Assembly: GCA_015523335.1 (NCBI GenBank)
Contig: WAKM01000012.1
Span: 1,714-65,713, forward strand
Direction: 5' to 3'
DNA from: Archaeoglobaceae archaeon
GTDB lineage: Archaea > Halobacteriota > Archaeoglobi > Archaeoglobales > Archaeoglobaceae
DNA length: 64,000 nt
The position numbers and the translations under genes are program-made. Positions 35,785-46,868 of this stretch are shown here, in pieces. The first letter of the stretch is position 1, and each line of letters opens with the position of its first letter. The notes beneath the pieces are model-generated. The model was not told the DNA's origin. It ran no database searches and worked only from the letters and a program-made list of their open reading frames with translations.

Positions 35785-37355
35785 AGAATCACCCCGTCGT
35801 ATAACGCATGGAAAGAGGACGAAGCCAGCAACGCCTTTCTAAACCCGAACCTCAGCGTAGCAACGAACAGGAGAGACGCTATCAAGTGAGCCATTAGGGG
35901 GACGGGAATCAACTCGACGAACTTGATAGGAACAAAGGAAAACAGAACGATCTTCTCGCCTATTAGAAAACCGATAGCCGATAAAAACGCCGAAACGTAT
36001 GGATTTAATCCGTTTTTGAATGCCGAATATACGAAAAGACTTTTGAAGAACTCCTCGGTCACCGCTATCAGCAGGATCACGATTACGAACGCGAACTTTA
36101 TTGCGAATATTATTGAGAGGGTGAAGAACTCTATTACGAACACGAAGGGTATCGAGAGAAGAGATGCTAAGAATACAGCCGAATAGCTTTTCACAACACC
36201 TGTGGAGATTTCTACGATTTTTTCTATTGGGTTGGCTTGGGAGTGCACGATCTCAAAAGAGTTCAGAGAAAGATAAATAAGAACAAGAGACATTAAATAA
36301 AATTGCAACGTTGAAATTATATATTCCTTTATATTAATACTTCCGCCTTCGAAAAATATGAGGAGTAACGTTATCGGGGATATCCTGCTCATCGGTATTG
36401 CCGTGAAGACGGCTGGAATGAAGAGGTAAGTCGTAATGAATATCGAGATCATTATCGTCAAAAACGTCATTTCCTTGTAGCTTCTCGAAATCATAGCCGT
36501 GAACGTGCTTAAAGCCATCAAAAATAAGATTACCGGGATCAGAAATACGATTCCCTCTAAGCTTTTTCCAAGAGCGATCATGATGGCAAAGGTTAATATT
36601 ACGGACAAAACGATGTAGGGTAGCATCTTTCCAACGATTACCTTCCACTCATCCTCGGCAACGAACAGGAGTTCAAATCTCCCTTTGATCTTGTCCTCTA
36701 TCGCCGAAGACGAGTAAACCTGAATTACGAAATACATCGGAATTACGAAGCTGAACGCATATATTAGCTTACCCAACAGACTCGGAGGTTTCAACTCATC
36801 AGGTGTTAAAAAGTTCGATTTCACCTTAATATTGCCCGCTTTAAGCTCTTTTTCTCCTCTTATTAGCTCGAAGCTGATTCCCCTTCTTCCCTCTTTCTGC
36901 TTAATTTCTTTCGGTGCTTTTTCTTCTTTCTTGACGATTTTTGAGATCACCTTCAGCTTTCCAGCGGTTACCCCGCCAAATTCAACCTTCGTGGGAATTC
37001 TAACGATCCGAATTAAGACCGGAAAAGCCGAGCTACCGTATCTCTCGCTTACCCATTCGTCGTAAACCCTTCTAAGGTAATTCCTGAATTCGTCGTAAGC
37101 GGATAGAGATTTAAGATCGCCTTTAACGACGATCTTTCCGTTGTATATCGTTATGTCGGGATTCCCGGACTTGACGAACTTCGGATCTTCTATATTTATG
37201 TTCGCGGAATATATGCCGCTATCTATCTTTACTCCACTCAGCACCGAATGAACGGATACGATGATTGCGAAAACTGAAAGGAGAGCCAATGATACAGCAA
37301 ACCTCTTAGACCAATTCCTTTTCGCTCTCAACTCGAGCAGAGCTATCCTGAGCAT
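35766..37355 (-). CDS. NatB-like ABC-2 permease fused to a C-terminal PrsW/CPBP-superfamily intramembrane protease-like domain
   Basis: N-terminal TM plus external loop plus a TM bundle with IEDKIKGRFELLF (NatB-like). The last ~130 aa carry TEEFFKS, MAHLIAS and FHALYDG, matching EExxK/R, xxxH and HxxxD/N motifs. Confidence 0.55.
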   Translation of the reverse strand: MLRIALLELRAKRNWSKRFAVSLALLSVFAIIVSVHSVLSGVKIDSGIYSANINIEDPKFVKSGNPDITIYNGKIVVKGDLKSLSAYDEFRNYLRRVYDEWVSERYGSSAFPVLIRIVRIPTKVEFGGVTAGKLKVISKIVKKEEKAPKEIKQKEGRRGISFELIRGEKELKAGNIKVKSNFLTPDELKPPSLLGKLIYAFSFVIPMYFVIQVYSSSAIEDKIKGRFELLFVAEDEWKVIVGKMLPYIVLSVILTFAIMIALGKSLEGIVFLIPVILFLMALSTFTAMISRSYKEMTFLTIMISIFITTYLFIPAVFTAIPMSRISPITLLLIFFEGGSINIKEYIISTLQFYLMSLVLIYLSLNSFEIVHSQANPIEKIVEISTGVVKSYSAVFLASLLSIPFVFVIEFFTLSIIFAIKFAFVIVILLIAVTEEFFKSLFVYSAFKNGLNPYVSAFLSAIGFLIGEKIVLFSFVPIKFVELIPVPLMAHLIASLLFVATLRFGFRKALLASSSFHALYDGVILWSLLR

Positions 37356-37406
37356 TATAATGAGTATGGGATAAGCGATATATATAATCCTGTCGTCCCA
37401 TATACG

Positions 37407-38228
37407 ATGCTCGTAGTCGAAAACCTCGTCAAGAGATACGGGGATTTCTTAGCCTTGAAGGGGATCGGTTTCGAGATAAGGAGGGGCGAGATCTTAGGAC
37501 TAATCGGCGAGAACGGAGCCGGGAAATCAACTACCATAAAGATATTGGTCGGACTGCTCAAGCCCGATTCCGGAAGAGTGGAATACGACGGTATGGATTT
37601 TTTCGAGAATAAGAGCAGGCTGAAGAAGAACATCGGATACGTTCCCGAAGTGGATTCGCTCTACGAAGACATGAACGCCTTCGAATATCTCATATTCTTC
37701 GCCTCTCTTTACGGTGTCGAGAAAAGGAAAGCGGGGAAGAGGGCTAAAAGGCTGATAAGTTCCCTGAAAATTCCAAACAAAAAGATCTCGGAGTTCTCAA
37801 AGGGTATGAAGAGGAAGCTGTCGATTGCGCGATCGTTGATGCACGATCCCGATTACCTGATATACGACGAGCCCATAGGCGGTCTCGATCCTTCAACATC
37901 CCTCTTCATAGCGGAGTTCATGAAGGATCTTAAGGACAAGGCTATTCTCTTTTCGGCCCACAACCTCTACTACGTCGAGTTCGTGTGCGACAAGATAGCG
38001 ATAATGAAGGACGGAAAAATTCTATACTACGGGGATCTCGAGGAGTTGAAGGGTATGCAGAGATACGTTCTCCATTACAAGCTTGACGGAGTCGAGAAAA
38101 CGTTCGCTACGAATGACGTCGACGCTTTGAACGAATTTTTGAAGGAGATCATTCCAAAGGGTAGGATTATCAAGATCGAAGTCGATACGCCGAGATTGGA
38201 GGACATATACTTTTCGCTAATAAGATAG
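37407..38228 (+). CDS. ABC transporter ATP-binding protein (NatA-like)
   Basis: Walker [10 protein letters not shown], signature [10 protein letters not shown] and Walker [12 protein letters not shown]. Divergent from the permease pair. Confidence 0.9.
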   Translation: MLVVENLVKRYGDFLALKGIGFEIRRGEILGLIGENGAGKSTTIKILVGLLKPDSGRVEYDGMDFFENKSRLKKNIGYVPEVDSLYEDMNAFEYLIFFASLYGVEKRKAGKRAKRLISSLKIPNKKISEFSKGMKRKLSIARSLMHDPDYLIYDEPIGGLDPSTSLFIAEFMKDLKDKAILFSAHNLYYVEFVCDKIAIMKDGKILYYGDLEELKGMQRYVLHYKLDGVEKTFATNDVDALNEFLKEIIPKGRIIKIEVDTPRLEDIYFSLIR

Positions 38229-39137
38229 TTCCCTCCTGAGCTCTCCCATCGTCGCTATCCTTTCCGCAACGACGTTGTGCTGGTGAATGCTCTCCTCGTT
38301 CTCCTGCCTGAAAAGAACCAGTATGTCATCTGGCGCATCGGGAAATTCCTCGACAACGAACCCAGCCATAAGTCTGACGCAGTCTTCCACGAACCTCGGA
38401 TTTTTATGGGCTTTCCAGACGACTTCAAGCTCGTCCTCCCTCTTTAGAACTTCGTAAATCTCGTAGCTCATCGACCTCTTCGCGATTTCAATCAGCTTAT
38501 CGATGGGCGGAGAGAAATCGTCGGTCACCTGCATCTTTATCGTTGCCCTTCCCCTCTGATTGTGCGTCGCAACCGGAATCGCTTCGAGTATATTCCTAAT
38601 ATCATCCTCGCCGAAGCCCAATTCTCTAAGCTTTTCGGCAGATTTGGCTTTAACGAGTTCCTGAGCGCACGGACATGCTGTAATTCCAACTATTTCAGCA
38701 CCTACGAACACGTTCTTCTTGCCGTCTCTCCATACCATAGCCTCGCTCAAAATCTTGGCAACTTCCTGCGTTTTTTGAGCCGTGACAGGAGTTTTTTTCT
38801 TTAATATTAGCTCCGATCTCATCTTTACTTCGGATTTCGTTGCATACTCGTGTTTATCGAGTAACATCTCAGCGATCTTCAAGCAGAGATCTTCGAGCCT
38901 CTTTACGGGCTTTGCAGTGAGGTTCTCCAGAACGTCATCTATGACTTCGAAGTTCCTGCTCAAGTTCGCACCCTTCATGCTTGGTGGAAGATCCACGAAA
39001 ACGTCAAAGCTCGATATGAGAATTATAGGTCTCCTATCACCTCTATCCACCTTAACGAGCTTCTTAATACCTACCGCTCCAACTCTGTTCAGCTTGATAG
39101 GTATCTCGGGCTTCAGAAATTGAACGTCGGGAAGCAC
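38217..39137 (-). CDS. mptA: GTP cyclohydrolase MptA (FolE2/type IB family)
   Basis: N-terminal LPDVQ, a [14 protein letters not shown] motif, CPCAQE cysteines and ~306 aa. Confidence 0.8.
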   Translation of the reverse strand: MLPDVQFLKPEIPIKLNRVGAVGIKKLVKVDRGDRRPIILISSFDVFVDLPPSMKGANLSRNFEVIDDVLENLTAKPVKRLEDLCLKIAEMLLDKHEYATKSEVKMRSELILKKKTPVTAQKTQEVAKILSEAMVWRDGKKNVFVGAEIVGITACPCAQELVKAKSAEKLRELGFGEDDIRNILEAIPVATHNQRGRATIKMQVTDDFSPPIDKLIEIAKRSMSYEIYEVLKREDELEVVWKAHKNPRFVEDCVRLMAGFVVEEFPDAPDDILVLFRQENEESIHQHNVVAERIATMGELRRELSY

Positions 39138-39168
39138 GTGCCTAAGTAGATTTTAAAGTATTAAAAAT

Positions 39169-40812
39169 TTAGGTTAGAACCGCCCCCTCGTCAGCCTGAC
39201 CGACCAACTTCGCATACTTGGCTAAAAAGCCGGTAAGCTTTCGTTCCTTTGGCTTCCACCTCTCTCTTCTTCTCGCGAGCTCATCCGCATCAACCTTCAG
39301 TTCGAGCTTTCTGGCTGGGATGTCAATTGAGATCAAATCTCCGTCTTCCACGAGCGCGATCGTTCCGCCCACCATAGCTTCGGGCGAAACGTGACCAATG
39401 CAAGGACCTCTCGTAGCACCGCTGAATCTGCCGTCGGTGATGAGAGCTACCCTTCGCAATCCCATGCCGGCTATGGCGGCTGTAGGCAACAGCATCTCTG
39501 GCATACCCGGTGCGCCTTTGGGGCCCATGTATCTTATTACAACCACATCCCCCTCCTCTATCTCTCCGTTCAAAATCGATTTCAAAGCTTCTTGCTCGGA
39601 ATCGAAGACCTTAGCCGTTCCTTCGAACTTGAGCATGTCCTCGCTTATCGCGGCGGTCTTAACTACCGCCCCTCTTTCAGCGAGGTTGCCCCTCAATATT
39701 GCTATGCCCCCCTCTTTGCGAATCGGATTCGAGATGTCCCTTATTATGTCCCTCCCCCTGACGAAAGCCGAATCCGCTATCTCGTAGATTCTCTTTCCGC
39801 TTACCGTCATCTCGTTGCTGAACAGCTCCTTAGCTTTCTTTATAAGCATAGGAACTCCACCGCTTTCGTCCAAATCCGCTATCGTAAATTCCGATGCGGG
39901 ATCTATCGCAACGATGTGCGGTGTCTTTCTGCTGATTTCATCGAAGAGATCCAGGCTCAACTTTATTCCTGCCTCTCTCGCTACAGCCGGCAGATGGAGA
40001 ACGGTGTTCGTTGAACCGCCTATCAGCATGTCCATGGTTATGGCGTTTTTGAACGATTCTTCCGTTACGAAATCTAAAGGCTTGATATCCTGCTTGACGA
40101 GTTCAACTATCCTCTTCCCGCTTTCCTTGGCAATTCTAAGCTTTCTCGATGACGCGCACGGAGAAGTTGAACAATAGGGAAGGCACAAGCCCAAGGCTTC
40201 GGTCAGTATCTGCATAGTATTTGCCGTGTAAAGCCCCTGACAACTCCCGCAGTAGGGAGCGCAGAAGTCCTCATATAGCTTCAGCGTTTTGTTGTCTATC
40301 TTTCCGGATTTGTAAAGTCCGGCGGCTTCGAATGCTGTCTTTATGGTCACGGTTTTATCCCCCACTTTTTCAGCCAGCATGGCTCCACCGCAGACGACTA
40401 TGGCCGGAATGTTCAGCCTTAGAACGGCCATGAGCATTCCCGGAACTATCTTGTCGCACGCTCCAACCACTACAAGCCCATCGAACTGATGAGCCTGAAC
40501 CATCGCCTCAATGCAGTCAGCTATCAGCTCTCTCGTCGGCAACGAGAACTTCATGCCTTCGTGCCCCATCGCAATTCCGTCGCAAACGCCGATGACGCCG
40601 AATTCAAATGGAACTCCTCCAGCCGCGTAAACTCCTTCCTTCACAGCCTGAGTGATCTTATCGAGGTGCATGTGCCCCGGAACTATGGTGTTGTAGGCGT
40701 TCGCTATCCCTATGAACGGCTTATCCATTTCTTCATCGCAAACACCCAAAGCTTTTAAAAGAGCCCTATGAGCTGTCCTCTCTACGCCCTTCTTAACTAT
40801 ATCGCTACGCAT
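39169..40812 (-). CDS. ilvD: Dihydroxy-acid dehydratase
   Basis: [20 protein letters not shown] and other IlvD/Edd signatures. 547 aa. Confidence 0.95.
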   Translation of the reverse strand: MRSDIVKKGVERTAHRALLKALGVCDEEMDKPFIGIANAYNTIVPGHMHLDKITQAVKEGVYAAGGVPFEFGVIGVCDGIAMGHEGMKFSLPTRELIADCIEAMVQAHQFDGLVVVGACDKIVPGMLMAVLRLNIPAIVVCGGAMLAEKVGDKTVTIKTAFEAAGLYKSGKIDNKTLKLYEDFCAPYCGSCQGLYTANTMQILTEALGLCLPYCSTSPCASSRKLRIAKESGKRIVELVKQDIKPLDFVTEESFKNAITMDMLIGGSTNTVLHLPAVAREAGIKLSLDLFDEISRKTPHIVAIDPASEFTIADLDESGGVPMLIKKAKELFSNEMTVSGKRIYEIADSAFVRGRDIIRDISNPIRKEGGIAILRGNLAERGAVVKTAAISEDMLKFEGTAKVFDSEQEALKSILNGEIEEGDVVVIRYMGPKGAPGMPEMLLPTAAIAGMGLRRVALITDGRFSGATRGPCIGHVSPEAMVGGTIALVEDGDLISIDIPARKLELKVDADELARRRERWKPKERKLTGFLAKYAKLVGQADEGAVLT

Positions 40813-40822
40813 GGTATAAGTT

Positions 40823-41410
40823 CTACCTCAGTCTTAATAGCTTTCCCATTAGACTCAATCCCGTAAGGACTACGAGTGGAACAACAACGGATACTGCCGC
40901 TTTTGTCGTGTCGAGTTTCCTCCAATTCTTAACTGCAAACGTAAGTATTAGGAACTGCCAGATGGTCGAAGCTACGCCGATTATCATGAGTGACGGGTTC
41001 ATGAATTCGTGCGTCATGCGAACTATCGAAAAATTAACCGGAAACAGAACTATACTCGGAACGTAGCCGAAAGCCGTGAGCTTTAATGTTTTGGAGAAAT
41101 CCCCTTCCCCACCCAATACTGATGAGACGATGTGGATTAGCCCGGATATTATCAACCACCCCACGAAGGCGCCGATGAAGGGTGTGATTATGAAGTAATA
41201 TTTCATCATTTCAAAAACCAGCCTCGCCTTCTCAATGGAAATCGTCTGCTGGAGATGTCTGATCATCTCGCTTTCGATTATGTCCAAGTTTGCGTATACA
41301 ATCAATACTCCGAGAACGGCGGAAGTAAAAACGATTAGAAGTGCTGTAAGAAAGTTTACGTCCTCGTGCTTCCTAAAAAATTCGTCCGGATTCGTCAGTA
41401 TTTCCAGCAT
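40823..41410 (-). CDS. Yip1-domain membrane protein
   Basis: N-terminal LTNPDEFF, then 5 TM segments in the Yip1/DUF1282-like arrangement. Confidence 0.6.
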   Translation of the reverse strand: MLEILTNPDEFFRKHEDVNFLTALLIVFTSAVLGVLIVYANLDIIESEMIRHLQQTISIEKARLVFEMMKYYFIITPFIGAFVGWLIISGLIHIVSSVLGGEGDFSKTLKLTAFGYVPSIVLFPVNFSIVRMTHEFMNPSLMIIGVASTIWQFLILTFAVKNWRKLDTTKAAVSVVVPLVVLTGLSLMGKLLRLR

Positions 41411-41524
41411 GAGAGAACATAGTTACGTGAGAACTATTTAAGTCTTCCATCGTGTGAGCTAATTTGATTAGTAAGGTATATATAGTGGACGTTATAATTA
41501 TATTTTTTTAAGAGGTGATGGAAT

Positions 41525-42388
41525 ATGATCAGTAAGGTTCTGTTCCCGGTCGATTTTTCGATGGTATCGGAGTATGCATTCAGTAACTGTATTCCGAGGT
41601 TCTTCAGCACCGGAGTGGCTGAGGAGCTCATCCTAATTCACGTGCTGGATGTTCAGCCCACCGGAGATGTGTTCGTAGACTACGATAAGATGCAGATGAA
41701 AGCCAAGGAGAAGCTGGATAAGGTAGCAAAGGAGTTCAGAGACATGGGAATAAACGTGGCGAAGACCGTCGTTAGGATGGGTCATCCGGCTCTTGAGATC
41801 GCGAAAGTTGCGGAGGAGGAGAACGTCGACATCATATACATGCCCTCGAAAGGTGAGCACATAGTTAGAGACATGCTCATCGGACATACAGCCGCAAACG
41901 TTGCGAGAGTTGCAACTAAGCCCGTTTTGCTCGTAAAATACGAGTGGGATAAGGCGAGGCATACGGTCAAGTGCATCTGGGATGCGAGGAGGGTTTTCGA
42001 CAAGCCCCTCATAGCTCTGGACTTCTCGCCCTGCAGTGACAGCATAGTGGAAACTGTCAAAGAGCTGTTCGAAGATTACGTCAAAAAAGCTACGCTCATG
42101 CATGTGATAGACTACGGAAAGCCGGATAAAACCAAAGAACTGTCGGAAGAGGCTCTAAAGAAGCTTGAAGAGTTCGCTAAGAAGTTCAAGTTCGAGAGCG
42201 ATCTTGAAGTGAGTGCGGGAGTTGCTTCGAACGCGATAATCAACGAAGCTGTGATCAAGGGTTCGACTTTGATAGTGGTCGGTAAGAGAGGCAGGAGCGT
42301 TCTGAAGGATCTCCTGCTCGGTAGCACGGCAGATGGTGTCATAAGAAGGTCTATGCTTCCGGTATTGCTCGTTCCATGTAAATATTAA
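41525..42388 (+). CDS. Tandem universal stress protein (2 x UspA domain)
   Basis: Two repeats, each ending with a G..G.....LLGS..(A/D)..V motif and PVLLV. AGAGGTGATGG upstream of the ATG. Confidence 0.85.
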   Translation: MISKVLFPVDFSMVSEYAFSNCIPRFFSTGVAEELILIHVLDVQPTGDVFVDYDKMQMKAKEKLDKVAKEFRDMGINVAKTVVRMGHPALEIAKVAEEENVDIIYMPSKGEHIVRDMLIGHTAANVARVATKPVLLVKYEWDKARHTVKCIWDARRVFDKPLIALDFSPCSDSIVETVKELFEDYVKKATLMHVIDYGKPDKTKELSEEALKKLEEFAKKFKFESDLEVSAGVASNAIINEAVIKGSTLIVVGKRGRSVLKDLLLGSTADGVIRRSMLPVLLVPCKY

Positions 42389-42405
42389 TATTTTTATTAT
42401 TTTTA
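42389..42405 (+). terminator. Oligo-T tract after the usp gene
   Basis: TATTTTTATTATTTTT lies immediately after the stop codon. Archaeal intrinsic terminators are T-runs. Confidence 0.3.
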
Positions 42406-42410
42406 GCAAA

Positions 42411-42425
42411 TAAATTTATAAAAAC
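42411..42425 (+). promoter_or_regulatory. TATA-like box (AAATTTATAAAAAC) for the THUMP methyltransferase gene
   Basis: Centred ~35-38 nt upstream of ATG 42457. Confidence 0.4.
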
Positions 42426-42456
42426 AGATTTTAATCGAGTCCTATTTTTTCGCTCA

Positions 42457-43584
42457 ATGCGGTTTTACGCTACTCTGTCTCCGGGACTCGAAGAGATCGC
42501 CGCGAGGGAAATAGAGAGCTTCGGCGGAAAGATAGTTGAGATAAGAAAGGGAAAGGGTAGGGTGTTCTTCGAAGGAGATCTGAAGCTTATGGCTAAGCTG
42601 AACTACATGGCGAGAACTTTGGAAAGAATAATGATCCTCTTAGCGGTTGAAAAGTTCGCGACGCTGGATGATATATATAGAATCGTCAAGAGTCTGGATT
42701 TCGGTTGGATCAAGCCCGATCAGAGCTTCGCTGTAAGACCGCTTAGGGCCGGAGAGCACGACTTCACATCTTTAGATGTGGGAAGGGTTGCGGGGCAGGC
42801 TATTATAGACAGCTACATGGAATCCAAGGGAGTTAGGCTTAAGGTAAACTTGGACGAGCCTGACGTAATAATTAGGGTGGATGTTATCTTCGATGAAGTT
42901 TACGTTGGAATAGACACGACTGGAGACGAATCGCTACACAGAAGGGGATACAGGATATACGATCATCCCGCTCCCTTAAATCCTACGATCGCCTCAAGCC
43001 TTATAATGCTTTCCAACTGGAATCCCGAAAGGTCTCTGCTCGATCCGATGTGCGGGAGCGGAACGATTCTAATAGAAGCGGCTATGATGGGAAGAAACAT
43101 CCCGCCCCAGAAGTTCAGGAGGGAGAAGTTTCTGTTTACCAACATATACGGCGAGGAGTTGCTTGAAGAGGTCAAAAAGGAAGCCGTGAAGAACGAGAAG
43201 AGATATCTCAGGATGACGCTCGTCGGAATAGAAAGGTTTAGAAAGCACATAAGAGGCGGAATCGTCAACGCCAAAACCGCTGAGGTTTACGATACCGTTC
43301 ACTTCATCCAGGCCGACGCTACCGAATTGTGCTTGAAAGAGATCGACATAGCGATTACGAACCCACCTTACGGCTTAAGAATAGCTAAGAAGGGGTTGAT
43401 CGAGAATCTATACGACGGATTTTTGAGATCGGCTAAGGATGTCGTTGCCGATAAGATCGTGATCATCACGGCCGAAGACAAGATTCTGAGAGATAAGGCT
43501 TTAAGGAACGACTACAAGATCGATCGGGAAATCTGGGTTAAATACGGAGGTTTAGACACGAAAGTTTTCGTTCTCAAGCCTTGA
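42457..43584 (+). CDS. THUMP-domain RNA methyltransferase (Trm14/TrmN-like, putative tRNA m2G)
   Basis: N-terminal ferredoxin-like + THUMP region, then SAM motif LDPMCGSGTILIEA and catalytic NPPYG. Confidence 0.75.
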   Translation: MRFYATLSPGLEEIAAREIESFGGKIVEIRKGKGRVFFEGDLKLMAKLNYMARTLERIMILLAVEKFATLDDIYRIVKSLDFGWIKPDQSFAVRPLRAGEHDFTSLDVGRVAGQAIIDSYMESKGVRLKVNLDEPDVIIRVDVIFDEVYVGIDTTGDESLHRRGYRIYDHPAPLNPTIASSLIMLSNWNPERSLLDPMCGSGTILIEAAMMGRNIPPQKFRREKFLFTNIYGEELLEEVKKEAVKNEKRYLRMTLVGIERFRKHIRGGIVNAKTAEVYDTVHFIQADATELCLKEIDIAITNPPYGLRIAKKGLIENLYDGFLRSAKDVVADKIVIITAEDKILRDKALRNDYKIDREIWVKYGGLDTKVFVLKP

Positions 43585-44479
43585 AGGATTCGAGCAAACT
43601 CAAAACTTCCTTGTTCTTGCTCACGTAATTCTTTATCAAGTCTGACGTCATGTAATCGACCAAACGCAAAAGCTTCGATTTGCTCTCGCAATCTTCAAAA
43701 TAGTCCAAGGCTTCCTTACTCTTTTTCGCGTAACTCCTTATCAATTCGAGAACCTTAACAACAGCTTCTTCAAAACCGTATTTTTCGGCATATATCATAG
43801 GCAAAGTGAGAGATTCGAATTCGGAGCTCTTATCCTCATACATATCCAAAAATTCGAGTAGATCGTCGACGAGCTGATAAGCCAAGCCCAAATTGTTTCC
43901 GTATTCGAATAACCTTTCAGCTGCTACTTTATCATCACAAACGACCATACAAGCGTTCTTGGCGCTGTAGGCAAACAAGGCTGCGGTCTTAGTTGAAATG
44001 CATTTGAAGTAATCCTCCTCGCTAAACGGCTCCCTTATGCTGTAAACATCCAGCACCTCTCCTTCAGACATCTTCATCCCGACTTCCGCGAATCCCTTAA
44101 CTATCTCTTCATCGTAAACCGAAACCAGTTCAACCGACTTCGAAATCAGCCAGTCTCCGACCAAAATGGCAAGAGAAACGTCATACTCAACGTGCAATGC
44201 CTTGACGTTTCTCCTCATTACCCCCCTATCTATTACGTCATCGTGGGCTAAGCTTGCGGTGTGGATTAGCTCGACTGCTAAAGCCATGTTCATAACTTCT
44301 TCATAAGTCCCCCCGCAAAGCTTACCGCTTAAAAGAACGATAATCGGACGAGTCCTCTTTCCTCCGGCTTTTATTATGTGTTTCAGCGCCTTTTTGATCT
44401 TTGGAATCGTATTTACACTTTCCACGAGGTTGTTGAGCTTTTCGTTTATAATTCTGTATTCTTCCCAGCTTTCGATCAT
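43574..44479 (-). CDS. idsA: Polyprenyl (geranylgeranyl-type) diphosphate synthase
   Basis: First Asp-rich motif LAHDDVID and second Asp-rich motif LVDDLLE. Product chain length cannot be read from the sequence. Confidence 0.8.
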   Translation of the reverse strand: MIESWEEYRIINEKLNNLVESVNTIPKIKKALKHIIKAGGKRTRPIIVLLSGKLCGGTYEEVMNMALAVELIHTASLAHDDVIDRGVMRRNVKALHVEYDVSLAILVGDWLISKSVELVSVYDEEIVKGFAEVGMKMSEGEVLDVYSIREPFSEEDYFKCISTKTAALFAYSAKNACMVVCDDKVAAERLFEYGNNLGLAYQLVDDLLEFLDMYEDKSSEFESLTLPMIYAEKYGFEEAVVKVLELIRSYAKKSKEALDYFEDCESKSKLLRLVDYMTSDLIKNYVSKNKEVLSLLESFKA

Positions 44480-44579
44480 CGTTTCACTTCCTTTTTTTGA
44501 GGTTGTTCTTGATATTCTGATTTAAAAATATTGATGTTTTGCAAAAGCCTTTTAAATTTGATTGATTTAATAACTTGGG

Positions 44580-46868
44580 GTGGTTTTAATGGGCGTCCTT
44601 TGGCTTGATGAGGTCGATAAAGACGATGTTCCTATTGTCGGTGGCAAAGCCGCGAATTTGGGTGAGCTTATAAGGGTCGGAATTCCAGTTCCCGAAGGCT
44701 TCGTTGTCGATGGCAAAACTTTCATGGATTTTCTTGAGAGTTCAGGGCTTAAGGAGAAGATAATCGAGATCCTCAACAGCATAAACGTCGAAGATACGAA
44801 GCAACTTGAGGAGGCTTCAAAAAAAATTAGGGAAATGATAGAGTCAACTCCGATGCCGAAGGAAGTTGAGGAGGAAATTAAACAGGCTTACAGAAAGCTC
44901 TGCGAGGAATCCGGGGAGGAGGTATTCGTTGCGGTAAGAAGCTCCGCAACTGCTGAAGATCTGCCCGGAGCGAGCTTTGCTGGGCAGCAGGAGACATATC
45001 TCAACGTTAGGGGAGAAGACGAAGTCGTTGAGAAAGTTAGGAAGTGCTGGAGTTCGCTTTATACTCCAAGAGCGATCTACTACAGAGTTCAGAAGGGATT
45101 CAGGCACGAAGACGTCAGCATAGCTGTTGTCGTGCAGAAGATGGTAAACTCGGAGAAGTCCGGTGTCATGTTCACGTCCCATCCGGTTACGGGCGATAAG
45201 ATCGCGATAATCGAAGCCGTTTGGGGGCTTGGTGAGGCGATAGTCAGCGGAATGGTCACTCCGGATCACTACGAATACGACAGAGTTCAGAGAAAGATCG
45301 TGGTAGTCAAGATCGCGGAGAAGAAGGTAATGCTTACGAGGGGTGAAGACGGTAAGACCGTTAAGGTCGAGTTAGATGAAGAAAAAGCCAAAGCCAGAGT
45401 TCTGAGCGATAGTGAGATAGAGGAGCTCGTGAAGCTGGGAGAGATCATTGAAGATCACTACGGAACTCCGCAAGATGTTGAGTGGGCTATCGAAAAGGGG
45501 AAGATCTACATAGTTCAATCGAGACCGATCACAACGATTAGAGAGGAGAAGAGGGAAGAGGAGGTCGAGCTTGAAGAAGGCAAGATTCTGCTTAAGGGAT
45601 TGGGAGCTTCACCGGGTATCGGAATAGGGAAGGTTAAGATCGTTTTGAGCCAAGACGAAATATCGAAGGTTGAGGAAGGCGACGTGCTCGTTACCACTAT
45701 GACGACTCCCGACATGGTTCCAGCGATGAGAAAAGCTTCTGCCATCGTTACCGATGAAGGCGGATTAACGTGTCACGCTGCGATAGTTTCGAGAGAACTC
45801 GGAGTGCCAGCTGTTGTTGGAACTGAGAAGGCTACAAAGATCCTAAAGGACGGAATGGTTGTAACGGTAGATGGAGATAAAGGTGTAGTTTACGCCGGAG
45901 CCATCAAGGAGAAGAAGAAGGAAGAAAAGCCAGCTGTTGTCGCTCAGGCACCGATCGTTACCGCTACTGAGGTTAAGGTGAACATATCAATTCCGGATGC
46001 CGCCGAGAGGGTTGCCGCAACCGGTGCTGACGGAGTAGGACTGTTCAGAATCGAGCACATGGTTTTAGGCTTGAAGAAGCATCCGATGAAATACATTAGG
46101 GACGGGGAAGTTGAGGAATACATAAACGAACTTTACAAGGGAATGAAGAAGGTAGTCAAGGCGTTCTATCCGAAGCCCGTCTGGATCAGAACGTTAGATG
46201 CTCCAACGGATGAGTTCAGAGCCATGGAGGGCGGTGAAGACGAGCCGATCGAAGCAAATCCGATGCTCGGATTCAGAGGAATAAGGAGGGATCTGAAGGA
46301 GGAGGAACACTTCAGAGCGGAGATCAGAGCTATAAAGAAGCTCGTCGATGAGGGATACACGAACATAGGCATAATGCTACCGCTCGTAACCTCGCCGGAG
46401 GAGGTTAGAAGAGCTAAACAGATAATAATGGAAGAGGGTCTGCCGTTGGATAAGATAGAATTCGGTATAATGGTTGAAACGCCGGCTGCGGCTCTGATAA
46501 TTGAAGACATAATAAAGGAGGGGATAGACTTCATAAGCTTGGGAACGAACGATCTAACCCAATACACGCTCGCAGTTGACAGAAATAACGAGAACGTAGC
46601 GTATCTCTACAACGAGACCCATCCCGCTGTGATGAAGCTGATAGAAAGGACGATAAAGATCTGCAAGAAGCACGGCGTGAAGACATCGATATGCGGACAG
46701 GCTGGAAGTTATCCGCACGTCGTTGAGAAGTTGGTTAGGATGGGAATCGACAGCGTTTCGGCTAATCCGGATGCCGTTCAGAGGATCAAAGAGGTAGTTG
46801 CAAGGGTTGAGAAGAAGATAATGCTCGACAAGTTAAGAGAGAAGGAGCTCGAAAATATTCCGGACTAA
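44580..46868 (+). CDS. ppsA: Phosphoenolpyruvate synthase
   Basis: VLWLDEV N-terminus, the phosphohistidine motif GGLTCHAAIVSRE and a C-terminal PEP-utilising TIM domain. GTG 44580 sits ~27 nt after a TTTTAAAT box; ATG 44589 is the alternative. Confidence 0.92.
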   Translation: MVLMGVLWLDEVDKDDVPIVGGKAANLGELIRVGIPVPEGFVVDGKTFMDFLESSGLKEKIIEILNSINVEDTKQLEEASKKIREMIESTPMPKEVEEEIKQAYRKLCEESGEEVFVAVRSSATAEDLPGASFAGQQETYLNVRGEDEVVEKVRKCWSSLYTPRAIYYRVQKGFRHEDVSIAVVVQKMVNSEKSGVMFTSHPVTGDKIAIIEAVWGLGEAIVSGMVTPDHYEYDRVQRKIVVVKIAEKKVMLTRGEDGKTVKVELDEEKAKARVLSDSEIEELVKLGEIIEDHYGTPQDVEWAIEKGKIYIVQSRPITTIREEKREEEVELEEGKILLKGLGASPGIGIGKVKIVLSQDEISKVEEGDVLVTTMTTPDMVPAMRKASAIVTDEGGLTCHAAIVSRELGVPAVVGTEKATKILKDGMVVTVDGDKGVVYAGAIKEKKKEEKPAVVAQAPIVTATEVKVNISIPDAAERVAATGADGVGLFRIEHMVLGLKKHPMKYIRDGEVEEYINELYKGMKKVVKAFYPKPVWIRTLDAPTDEFRAMEGGEDEPIEANPMLGFRGIRRDLKEEEHFRAEIRAIKKLVDEGYTNIGIMLPLVTSPEEVRRAKQIIMEEGLPLDKIEFGIMVETPAAALIIEDIIKEGIDFISLGTNDLTQYTLAVDRNNENVAYLYNETHPAVMKLIERTIKICKKHGVKTSICGQAGSYPHVVEKLVRMGIDSVSANPDAVQRIKEVVARVEKKIMLDKLREKELENIPD

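Noticed and set aside
39391-40177. Several 120-207-aa plus-strand ORFs inside ilvD
   Set aside because: They are antisense shadows of a strongly conserved gene, and their translations are R/S/P/L-rich with no motifs.
41419-41437. Inverted repeat ATAGTT-N7-AACTAT upstream of the Yip1 gene
   Set aside because: It is short, AT-rich, and coincides with the expected TATA (TTAAATAG) position for the minus-strand gene. It is not distinguishable from promoter sequence.
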